DNA of 62,900 nt, counting the filler, from Choristocarpus tenellus KU-1152 (Eukaryota; Protista; Phaeophyceae): NCBI GenBank assembly GCA_964200185.2. It is 9 parts of 9 records of this genome, joined end to end, with 100 filler letters (N's around TTAATTAATTAA, not from the genome) between each part and the next. Parts side by side here need not be neighbours in the genome. Positions count along the whole stretch, not along the records: positions 52,085 to 55,801 come from CAXNAD020018328.1; positions 55,902 to 58,748 come from CAXNAD020024232.1; positions 58,849 to 62,900 come from CAXNAD020016470.1; 6 more parts are not named here. One strand, 5' to 3'. The translations under genes and the position numbers were made by a program. Below are positions 52,085 to 62,900 of the stretch, piece by piece; positions within the stretch are counted from its first letter, which is position 1; the number at the start of each line of letters is the position of its first letter. Under the pieces are notes generated by a model. That model searched no databases. It was not told the DNA's origin and worked only from the letters and a program-made list of their open reading frames with translations.

Positions 52085-54056
52085 CGGCACTTTTTCCGCA
52101 CCATTTTCGGTCAAAACCATCCTCAATTTTTAAAATCCACTGTTACAGTGGTGTGTCGCATAATTGTAAAAAAAAAAGAAATTGAAAAAAAAGAAAAACG
52201 GGCCGTGTTTGCTTTTATATAAGCTCCAGAGTGTTTTAATATTTCATAGAGTGTGCTGGAAATTGGATTGTTGAGGTCTATAGCTGATCCAGAAAATACT
52301 TGGTCGCAACCCAAAGTAAGAAGTACTGATTTATTTTTTTAACAACAACGGTACGTATACAGCTGCCTTTTCATCTCTCACATATTTACCATGTAAAAGT
52401 AAGTAATTCCTGTCCGTCCATCCGTCTGTCTGTCTGTCCGTCCCTATGTTTCAAAAACTCCAATTTTTCTCTTTGCCAGTTGTTTGAAATTAATACCCCA
52501 TTGCAATATTTCGTTTTTATGCTCACCAGACATGTTCCAAACGTCATCATTTAGGAAAAAAAAACATAATGGGAAGGAAATAACAAAACATAATACATTT
52601 TTGTATATAGATTTGTGTAAGTGTGTATTGTTTTGTGGGTGCAATGTAAGCAAATGAATTTTGGAAGGTTTGCGAGTGAGTGGAGGATGACTAAAATAAG
52701 TTGGTGGGGGTTATTTCCAGTTATGATTTGGTTTAGAGTGGGTTGTAGGAGTGGATTGGGGAGTACGTGTACTGGGTGGTAATGGGGGAGACCCAGAAAT
52801 TGGGACAATGGAGATTTGATCCCGAAATGTGCACTTTCATTGCTTCGATTAGGACACCTATCCAGCGCACATCCTATGTTCATATCCCTGCTCACTTCCT
52901 CCTCTCTCTGGGACCTTAAAACAAACAAGCAACAGTGAACAAATGGGGAGCAGTGGTGATCATGTCTCGATTCGGACAACTGTCCAAATGAGAGCCCACC
53001 GTGGAGATTTTCACCTTGCAGGCTAAGAAAGTAGGAGGAGGAGGGGGCAGGGGACGGAGCGAGGTGGGCTCTGCTGTGTTGTCCGTGTTATGTAAGCCTC
53101 ATAGTAGAGCTGGTCATGCAGTGTTGGAAGAAGCCATGCTCCATTTTCCATTACGGAGAAGATGCTGATCATATTTTCACACATTGTATCAGTCAATTTT
53201 GTCTGCAGAACTCGACTTCTCACCACAGGGGACTCTTACAATATGCTTTCTGAACCTCTGTCTTCTTTTCTCGCTCATACTCCGGTCCTTGTCCTTGCTC
53301 TACAAGTTTACTTCAGTCTGAACATCTTCAATATATGCCTGGTCTCATAAATATATTACATGCATTACATGCAAGCAATGCAATACCTGTTGGAAAAGCA
53401 TAGCATCCATGTATGTGTTTAGAGTTGAGAATGGAAGATGAAAGTGCAGTCTGAAGACAAAAAAGACTTTTGAGACCCAAACTAAGTTTTGTGCCCTCAC
53501 CAGAAATCTCGAACTAATTGACTCTTTTTTTCGTATTTTACGAGGAAGATGGTTATCACCCATATAACCAAGATCAGTACCTTTGTATGTTGCACCCAGA
53601 GTCAAGCATACATTCACATGCATGCTTCTACCCACCCTAATCTACCCACACACCGTCCGTACGTATTTTGTTCAGGTTCACCATGAATCTGAACAACCGG
53701 AGAAATGAACTACTGATGATGAACGCTCACCAATCAGGGAGCATCCTCAACCTTGAACAACACGCTGCGAGACTACATTTTCGAATTTTGACCTTCAAAA
53801 TTTTCTAATATGTTCCATTCTTTCGCGTGAGGTTATATCACTAACACCAGTAGACCAAAGGTGGAGCAATATGTAGTACTAAGAGCAAATCATAATAAAC
53901 AAAAAAATCAAATACACATAGACCATGTTCAACTTGCACTCCTTGTCTCAATAAAGTGACAAGAAGTTTGGATCTATAACAGCCTCTCGGCAAAATTGAG
54001 GATGGAGCATTTCAGTGAAGATGAGTTTGATCCAAAATGGTGTGCGGAAAGTGCCC
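52085..54056. mobile_element. Probable ~2-kb TIR DNA-transposon relic, family unassigned
   Basis: Start ggcactttttccgcaccatttt..ccatcctcaatttt is the imperfect reverse complement of aaaattgaggatgg..aaaatggtgtgcggaaagtgcc (53993-54056). A decayed minus-strand coding-like stretch lies at ~52790-53340. Left end abuts a gap. Confidence 0.45.
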
Positions 54057-54389
54057 ATATGTTTTTTTTGTAAATGTTGCGGCACTTTCTAAGGGCCCCT
54101 TTTTGAATGAGATATATTACTGTTGAAAAAGATTTCGGTGCTTTTGGAGGGCACCGCTACGATTTGGAAGCGACCTCAACCAACCAAAGGTGTAAGGACA
54201 GATGGGCCCCCCTGGGGGAGCCGGTAACGTTTTTGGCATGCTTATATTATGTATGGTACACTACATATTTATGATACAATACATACATACATACGTCTTC
54301 TTCCAGTAGTTATAAATAGTTATGAAAGGGCGATGTGGTTTGTACAAGAAAGGGATAGATAGGTCACATCCACAAAAAAAACTAATCAA

Positions 54390-54628
54390 GAGCCAAAGTA
54401 TCTTAAGTTGTAGAGTCGCGTCCATTTGGGGGTCAAAATAAATGTTGTGATTTTGATGTAATTTTGTCTATCGTGTTTGTNNNNNNNNNNCCTTTCATAA
54501 CGTACACATTATACCTACTCCGAAACATTTTGGAGTCGGAAAATGCCATACAAAAAACACGGGAAGCCAAGTCTCACAAATAATGGACAAACAGGGAAAA
54601 AATCGTACCCTCTAAGATAGTTTCACTC
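54390..54628. mobile_element. MITE family A copy 11 (contains a 10-N gap)
   Basis: GAGCCAAAGTATCTTAAG..TACCCTCTAAGATAGTTTCACTC; no TSD (TCAA vs GAAG). Confidence 0.85.
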
Positions 54629-55626
54629 GAAGTTGTAATTCTCAATATAGTACGTGATTTGTATTTTTAAAATACAAATAACATACCTCATTGATATTGT
54701 ACGTTTCCAATGTTCAGAAACCAACTTTGTTGGAGCCTCGGGCTATCGGCGGGACCACCCTGAGATCGATGATCCTGGAAATCCATGCAATACGCATTTT
54801 GGAAGTTGTAAATCCGAATATAGTATGTGATTTGTACCTTTTAAAATATGAGTTACATACTTAATTGGTATTGTACGTTTCCAATGTTCAGAAACCAACT
54901 TTGTTTGTGCTCCGGGAGATTCATTGGACCCGTCATGAGATCCATGATCCTCAAAATCTTACAATTTGTTGGACGGAAGTTGTAAAAACGATTACGCCGG
55001 TACTTACAATTTCTTTTAAATACGAAGCACATACTTCATTGATCTCGTACTTTTCCAATATTCAGAAACCAAAAGGTCAACAAAAAGTGGCACCCTCTAA
55101 GTTTTTGAAATACAAATTCTTAAATTGTTGGACATACGCATTCTTAAAAAACTCTAGAGACGACAAAAAGGGGTTATTTGACTTTCGAAGCGCCATTCCA
55201 CACTTCGAAACTCAACGACACCCACAAAACGTGCATGAGGATTTTCAGAAATAGTAAATCCAGTAATTATCGTTCTTACCATTTTTGAAAATACCAAGCA
55301 CGCACTTTATGGATCTCAAACGTTTCCAATTTCCATAAATTAAAAGGTCACTTCCAACTGGTACCCGCAATTTATTTAAATACTAAAACCGCTTGTTGGT
55401 GACCTTAGTATTTTTAAAAGTACAAGAGACCACAAAAAAGCGGATCTAAAGTTTTCAAGATCCATTTCGATGTTCTAAACCCAAGGACAGCCAAAACACG
55501 TGCGTTAGGTTTTTTACGAAATAATAATGATATTCTAATCTTTAAATCAACAAATACAATTACAAACCACATCCTTCATTGATGCAATATGTTTCGAACG
55601 TACGAAACGAAAAGGTCACAAAAAAA
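54629..55626 (+). repeat. Degenerate tandem array, five related units starting ~54629, 54802, 54976, 55248, 55519
   Basis: Recurring gaa.t.gtaa..ttt.aaaata...acatac.t.att.gat..gtac.tttccaat.ttcagaaacc; spacings ~174, 174, 272, 271 bp. Confidence 0.7.
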
Positions 55627-55801
55627 GAGTGAAACTATCTTAGAGGGTACGAATTTTTCCCTGTTTGTCCATTTGTGGGACTTGGCTTCCCGTGTTTTTT
55701 GTATGGCATTTTCCGACTCCAAAATGTTTCGGAGTAGGTATAATGTGTACGTTATGAAAGGTGTGTCCGAAACATAGATATTGACACTTCCTAACAAACA
55801 C
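55627..55801. mobile_element. MITE family A copy 12, inverted relative to copy 11, truncated by gap
   Basis: GAGTGAAACTATCTTAGAGGGTA..; near-identical reverse complement of 54491-54628. Confidence 0.88.
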
Positions 55802-58800
55802 NNNNNNNNNNNNNNNNNNNNNNNNNNNNNNNNNNNNNNNNNNNNTTAATTAATTAANNNNNNNNNNNNNNNNNNNNNNNNNNNNNNNNNNNNNNNNNNN
55901 NCATGCAGCACTCCATAACTACGGTAATATTTCCTTTTTATATGAGAAATTTCCCATAAACTAATCACTAGCAAAAGGTTCTGATAACTCAACCACTAAT
56001 TGGTTGTTCCATCACTCCATACATATTTTACCGTAACTGTCTGATAGAGTTGGAAGAGTCTAATCGAACAACTGTGCAGGCCACGAACGATCTCAAGAAG
56101 AGGAAGGACGACCTTGGGATCGACCCCTACGCCAATAACTCCTCAGTCGGGTCTTCAGAAGAGTCTGCTCCAAAGAAACAATACATCCTGAACGAAGAGG
56201 TACCCGAGGGAGTGTCAGGGTTTATCCTTTCATCTGTCGATCGTATTAGCATTCGTAACAAGTCACTTCGTAACATCCGCTCTGACCCCGCACATTAATT
56301 TTACCCCATAAAATTGAAAGGTGAAAAGGGACCTCATGTTGCGGGATGTGGAGGAAGGTACATTTTTCCTGGACATTGTTAAATACTCCGAGGGCGTTAC
56401 CCTGAACACTAGTGGCGAACACGAAGGCAAGCAATTACAACATTGTACAACATCGTCATATGTGAATATCACACATCGTTCCCTACTTCAAACACACACG
56501 GTCTCGACGCTCACAGATCTCACCAACCTTGGGCAAATTTCACACTGTATATTAATGTGGGGTTCTCGTGTTTTACATGTTCCGAAGATGCTCATCGAAC
56601 AGATTTGTTCATACTTTCGCTGTGTTGTATCCATTGACACAACACAGTGCACATCGGCAAATTATGTCATGGTTCATGTCGTGTAGTCCTGCCCGCCTCC
56701 TCTTCATCTATGTGACAAGTCCTGCTTGTCTTCCTATATTATGGGCACTTCAAAAATCCGCCAAAATATATCAAACCACACTAACTCCTTTGCTTCCTCC
56801 TTTTCCTCAGCCTTTGCCTCCTCCTCTATATCCTCGTTCGCTTCCTACTTTTCATCAACCTTTGCCTCCTCGTCTATCATTATAGAGGTCAGCCGAGTCA
56901 CAAGCATTCTCATCACGCCACACAATAACGCCAAGTTCGAACACGACCTTCATAAGTTCAAGGAAGAATCGAGTGCCGCTTACAATAGCGCAGTCGCGAT
57001 TCTCCAGACCCAACCAGGAGGCATCGTTATTACATGCACTGCCCTCGGCGACAATCACGATCCGGATCGTATCCAACTCCTGGTCGACAACCTCTTCACC
57101 TTTTGCAATTTTGCTCTCTCGAAGACACTGGTAACGGGTGGCGTATCCACGCCTGAAGGCAGTGTAGGACCCGACCCTGAAAGTGATAAAGAGGAACAGG
57201 AGATGCCATCGCCTAACCCAACAGTAGGTGTGAGGAGAGGGACACACCATGGGGGCAGCCTGGCAACCACAGCCTCGGGGCAAAACTTAGACGGCGATAG
57301 GGACCGACCTCGTTGTAGCGTTTGTCATGTCTAGAGGAAGATGTCCAGGAGGACGTGGGAGAGGTGCTAGACACGGACTCAGAGTCCAAGCCTGTCAGGA
57401 GTGATCCTGGAATGTCCCCAAACGTCCATGCAGTGGGCAGCAGCGGCGGCGAGTCTGTTGATCTCGACCCAATGGGTAGAAGGTTGAGGAATGACGATGT
57501 TGGGGATCAAAGTGGGTAATCTGCCCATGCTGAGTCAACAACACCAACGGTTACAAAGAAATCATTAGGTTCTTCACATAGAGACAAGCCTTCCGCAAAC
57601 AAGGGAAAAGTGACAAGACCAAAACTGAGGCCAGTAGGAAGAAGAGGTCGGCAGAAGGTGATGGACGGATCAGACCGTTCAAACAGCCTCGTGCGAATGA
57701 CGGACGTGAAGGAGAACCAACCTTTTTAGCGAACATAATCGCTTCTGTTAGAAAGAGCAGAGAAGCGGAAATAGCAGCACCATTTATTACAACGCATCAG
57801 GATGATGACGACAATTCCACGCATGATGATGATCACTGCGTCACACAGGATGCAGTCGACTCCGGTGATGCGTCCATCATGGGGATTACAGAAGCCTTCA
57901 TGGAGGCGTGAAAGGAAAGCCATTTTCATGAGCATGGTGAAGCCTGAACCGTGGAACGAGAGGTATTCCACGTGACTAAACCTCTGGCACCAACTCACCG
58001 AGGTATACCCTAAACTTGTGGATTGGTGGGAGAAGGGTGAGGAGTGCTAATTCCAATCCCCCCACCAACTAAAATAGGGCCTTGTTCGCTTCAGGTTTTG
58101 TTGAAGTACGGGTCGTGTTACTTGTGTCTGATGAGGGCCAAAGTGTACCTTGCCATGGTGTCCGACTACCATGTTCATGCAGTTTCGATTCCATGGGTTA
58201 TGCATTTACACAGTGGTAATGGATACATGCCTACCTGTCAGAGGTGTCAGTGCATCATATATGACACGCATCTTAAGGATTAGACTTATGTTATTTTTTG
58301 TTTAACAAAGTGTGTCCAATCCAAGGTTTAGACTGCTAAAATATATAAATTTTATAAACTCTTCTCGATAAGTTCCCAAACACTTCGCCAAGGTCTGCGA
58401 TGGATACATTATCTTCTTACCAGCCGCTAACTATCCCCTGAACCCTACCTAGCTCCCCTGCTTCCCATTACTCCATGCACTATCTCATGCTTTGTCCAAG
58501 TGTCGACAAACGAGACCTGAATTCGTCTTCCTTCAAATCTTCAATATGAACATTTCTGTTGCAGGCGCCCCAGAAAGCTTACCTCCCCAGGATGTATAGC
58601 TTCAATCCAGAGTCGTACAGATGATGCCAATGTACGTATAGGACTCCTGATGCACAAGTGGTCAAGTATGCTGGATCTCTCACTTGGATTATCGTCATTA
58701 TCATCATATAAAGAAAGGAACTGATCCACGCTGTCTTATCACAATCGGNNNNNNNNNNNNNNNNNNNNNNNNNNNNNNNNNNNNNNNNNNNNTTAATTAA

Positions 58801-58848
58801 TTAANNNNNNNNNNNNNNNNNNNNNNNNNNNNNNNNNNNNNNNNNNNN

Positions 58849-58875
58849 CCCGCCCCCTCCCAGATACTTTGGGTC
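58849..58875. mobile_element. MITE family B end fragment at contig start
   Basis: cccgccccctcccagatactttgggtc. Confidence 0.65.
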
Positions 58876-59136
58876 GTTTATCTTCGCAATATATCTCTGA
58901 ATTGATAATAGTGGTGAAAACCCCTAGTGAAATATATTACGACAAAAGACTTGAGAAATACTGAAGATCCTACAGAAGTAGAAGAACTTAATATAGTAGG
59001 CGTAGGAGTAGGAGTAGTAGTAGTAGTAGTAGTAGCATTGGAAGTAGGAATGACTATTATTATTTTAATTCATAGTTACACTATTTGTTGCACAGTAACC
59101 ATGCGTCACGATCCCGATCAGTGATCAGACGTACTA

Positions 59137-60236
59137 CAGTGTTGGCAGTCGCCTCCTATATCAACTCTGTGGCACCATAACTTTTGATCAACAACAATTT
59201 TTTTCATGAAAACATGTTTCTTGTAATCGCACGAGTATGCTTAACCTTATTTGATGGGTCTCGGTTGGTCAACTTGCAGTAATCGTGAGAAATACAGAAC
59301 CACACTTAAATCAAGTAGTCCGCCCGCACGGCACATAAGGATGATTTTGAAGCCTGAAGAGGTCATGTTCACCCGGAGAACATGAGCGTTTTTGTCTCTC
59401 CAGTCTCTTTCCATTATTTCCCGCTTATGCGATGTTGTCGCCTGCTAGTTAAGGCTCACTCATGGGGGCCCAGGCCTCAGAACCAGACAATCCGTGCCAA
59501 GTCAAATGAGGTATTCTGAAGGTGCAGGCCTCTTGTGAGACTTAAATGTCTTGTACAACCTATCCAATTTGGTGCACTCCATGCTTTTTTAGTTGGGATA
59601 TATCAGGTGGTAAGTAATGCTCAACCTGAAAAACCTCTCCACGATTACTCCGGACAGTCCCCCTTCCTCTTTAAGACTGACAGGAATGTTGGCTCATTCC
59701 AGGCAACGTGTGGTCACAGTGGCCTCGTACATAGTGCTTCGCCCGCCCCCAGATCATGTCTATCGGGTTCAATTCACAGTGGTACTTTTGAAGCATCAAG
59801 CAGTGTCCTCGATGACGCTCAACCAGAATCGTGTCCTGTGAGTGGCTTACACAGTATTAAGCCGAGGTTATCCCATGTACCGTTTTGGCGGTAATCAATC
59901 TCGATTTTTTCGAAGGGTTGCCCAACGAGTTAATCGATAATCAGCATATCAAATGAAAGCTCTGGATCTAGGCTATCGATTTACGCGAAGGGATTCTTTC
60001 GCAAAAATATTTTTGGTCCTGATAATTTATTCCAGAACATTTTAAAGGTTGTGACAAAAACATCCGCTTAAAGTTTATCCTTACCAAAATAGTATTGCGA
60101 AAGAATCCCTTTCCAGAAATCGATAGCAGAGATCGAGAGCTTTCATTCGATATTCTGATCGTCGTTCAACTTGTTGGGCAACCTTTTCAAAAAAATCAAG
60201 ACTGGTATCATCCTAGAGGTGACACTGCCAACACTA
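59137..60236 (-). mobile_element. Non-autonomous Tc1/mariner element copy 2 (reverse-complement homologue of 36519-37620)
   Basis: TA-CAGTGTTGGCAGTCGCCTC .. GAGGTGACACTGCCAACACTA-TA. Minus-strand peptide GHCLMLQKYHCELNPIDMIWGRAKHYVRGHCDH, then a frameshift. Colinear with copy 1 throughout. Confidence 0.88.
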
Positions 60237-62024
60237 TACACACTCGACTACCTCTCGTACTTACTAACTGTTTCACTCACTGTGCTATGGTTCCACTCCT
60301 CGCTTGATTCTCGGGCATTGGGTTCAGCACTCCCACTGGTGGTCGCTCTGTCTCCTCCCTTGATTCTCCTCCCGAAGATTCCCACCTTGATCTTGGTCCA
60401 GCCTTTTACGGTATTGCACAGACACAGATATGGCACAGACAGGTTGTACAATCCGTTGCGGTTGTGACGTGGAATAGGAGATCGAAATCACATTTTCGCA
60501 ACAAGATATATGGTGTTGAAGAGATTCAAACCCTCTGAATCCGTACGGGTAGCCACCGCTTTAACTACTGAGCCGCGGTGCCACACAACAAATATGCCAT
60601 GGCAAGACATTATACTGAGTACTTAACTTGATTACCCTGTAGATCCCAATGCTCAAAGCTGAAGTAGTCGAGTGTTCGTGGGATGGTGCTGCTGATACAC
60701 AATAGACACCACTGGTGGGGTAGATTATAGGATGGAGAGCTAGTGATAGATATACCGTGTGCATTGGCTCACTAGTATCCACTGATTTATGTTGTTCTAG
60801 AAACGCTTTTTTTTAATGAAGACAATTAAGTGATTTATAGTAAGTTGGTGTGGACGATTGCAAACCCCACACTATAGTAAGATTAATGGGTGCCACCGGT
60901 TGTTCGCCCCATGAGTTCAGTCAATTGGAACTGAGACCACAAGCCCCTTGTAACATATACATGATATATTCACACCAACAAGCGATATCCTCAACCAAGG
61001 TACGCGATTGATCACATTGCCCATGGTCCAGTGTGGAATACTTCGACTTTGGGGTCCTGTAATATGGTCATGTGTTATGGAAATTCCGCCAAGTTCATTA
61101 TATATGCTAAGGCTCGCTCTCATGGTTACAAATTCATCCTACCCTACAATTGGATTTTGCAAACGGGAATGGACCGATAACATGCTGCACTGCAAATATG
61201 CCCCTGTTGGGACGGGTGAGTGTAACAGTATCAAGGTAGCGAGGTATCTTGCTGCGTAAATCGGAGCCTCCTGTTCGCAGGGTCAGTTGGGATGAGAGAA
61301 TCCAAAAAAGGAGTTTTTGATGTTTGGAACACGCAGGTGGGAAGCGGAAGAAAGGTGGACAGGAGAAGAACCGGTGGATGTGCCTGTAAGACGATCTTTA
61401 GAACCCTGGGTTCACGGTTGAAGAATGGAATATAAGGGCAACAAAACAACTTATTCGGTACAAGTGTGTGGATGATAGAACAAAGAGCTTCATGTACAAG
61501 TGGGATACCAAACAACCTGTGATAGTTTACGTGCTTCATGCTGAAGCAGCAATTAAGCCAGCCCAATAGCAGATCAAGGCATATATGTACACTCACCACT
61601 GTCTGCTGAATGTTGCTTTCCCTTTTTATTGCCTTTTCTTTGGGTTATTGATTGATCTTTCTTGCGTCTTAGATTCCTTCTTTGTGTTACACGTGATGAG
61701 TGATGCTGAGATTGAATGGACAGAGAATGGCACTGAAGCATTATGACCTTTTCCTTGTATCATCGGATGCGACGATGTTGACAACGTTAATGATAATGAT
61801 ATCCTGTTCCAGCTATTGAGTGCTTGTAGTGCGTTATGCCTGGGTTTTCCCAACTACCTCTTCTCGAGTTGATCTCTTTCTTACTTTCTTTCCTTCACCT
61901 TTTCTTTATTTGTTGTGAAGTGGAACATAACTTTTATATCTCGTACGGATCGGATCGCCTTTAAAATAATGAAAACATCCTGAACTCTGATCTAACAACT
62001 ACACACACACATACTTTGAAAACT

Positions 62025-62204
62025 GGATCAAATTATCTGGGGGGGGTGGTGGCTGTCCATTTGGGGTCATTTTTCATATCGCGATTTTTGGGTGATTTGG
62101 TTGCATACGCCGGATGGATAATGTAAATGCACTTTTCCCGATTTTGACCCAAATGGACACCCTGGTGTAGACCACCCCACCCCGCCCCCAAGATACTTTG
62201 GGTC
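62025..62204. mobile_element. MITE family B, full-length copy (180 bp, opposite orientation to 42696-42942)
   Basis: GGATCAAATTATCTGGGG..CCCAAGATACTTTGGGTC; TSD AACT/AACT. Confidence 0.85.
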
Positions 62205-62900
62205 AACTAGAAGGAGAGGGGGGGGGAACATGGTGTAACTATACACTATTGATTACATTATGAAAAAGACGATCCTTCAATGTCGCTCTGTTATTTACTG
62301 CATATTATGTCACTACTAGTGTACAATATTATTGCGCTTAATGATATTTTACACACCACCAGAGATGTGTGCAGGAGAGGGAATAGATCAAAATCAAAGC
62401 TCAAAGATCTTTCATGCAAGAAGAGTGGTCATTGGTCACTTAAAAAATACTTCTTCCTAAACATACACTGAACTATAGAACAAAGAAAGGTCAACACATA
62501 GTGCTCAATAACTTATTTTGCTGACTGACATTCCTATTTCGCAGATGTGTTCACAGAGTAGTGTTGAGTCTCAAGTATATTTTAGAGTAATTTGATATTA
62601 TATTTGATAATTTGAGTATGATGTTAGCAAAAAAAATGGTATTGATATGATATTTCATGGTACGTAGTGTATCACATTAAATATCAGATCATCAAATGAT
62701 ATTACAGGGCGATATGGGCCTACTCATTTAATCTAACGGCACTGAGAACATTTTCATACGACATGCAACCCCACCTGAGTCAGAATTTGTGGAGCACACT
62801 ATGGACTTGTTTTGTTACAAGTCATGACAAGTGTAGTCAATGGTCAATGGACTCATCAGGCAAGCAGCATATGAATACGCCCTCCCCCCCACACTCTAAC

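Noticed and set aside
54629-55626. Spaced repeats as a possible CRISPR-like array
   Set aside because: Units are long and degenerate, the intervening sequences are homologous to each other rather than unique spacers, there are no cas genes, and the context is eukaryotic.
12967-58848. Regularly recurring TTAATTAATTAA flanked by N44 (12967-13066, 29545-29644, 32525-32624, 36289-36388, 47290-47389, 51985-52084, 55802-55901, 58749-58848)
   Set aside because: Artificial 100-bp scaffolding spacer with stops in all six frames. It is not biological, and adjacency or orientation across these joins cannot be trusted.
60900-61290. Possible SET-domain exon on minus strand (RGIFA..ICNHESEP)
   Set aside because: Motif spacing is too short and several stops intervene; not supportable without a search.
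241-62471. Most short ORFs in the six-frame track (e.g. 773-1138, 20607-20822, 21543-21821, 46604-46819, 49114-49335, 55576-55797)
   Set aside because: They are chance frames in introns, antisense to real exons, or translations of MITE copies, which explains their mutual similarity.

Overview
Eukaryotic, intron-rich, TE-laden genomic DNA, assembled from about 9 contigs joined by artificial 100-bp spacers (N44-TTAATTAATTAA-N44). A flagellated stramenopile, probably a brown alga, is inferred from gene content and intron sizes. Host genes, all on +: (1) an 8-exon secreted S8 subtilase of the KP-43/TagC-like type that looks pseudogenised (2239-11471); (2) 21 exons of the axonemal inner-arm dynein heavy chain DNAH2/I1-beta tail (13473-29125, partial, two GC-AG introns); (3) the last two exons of an Aa_trans amino-acid transporter (48718-50401). 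Mobile DNA includes a decayed intron-containing Sola-like transposase, a Harbinger transposase relic, a Ty1/copia element, two 1.1-kb Tc1-like deletion derivatives carrying a large internal hairpin, and several fold-back elements. The most distinctive signal is two MITE families (12 and 6 copies) with different bodies. They share the terminal core G-N4-AAAGTATCT and make non-specific 4-bp target-site duplications, as Sola elements do. One inverted pair of near-identical copies brackets a 1-kb repeat array like a composite transposon. All protein assignments are motif recognition by eye, not database searches.
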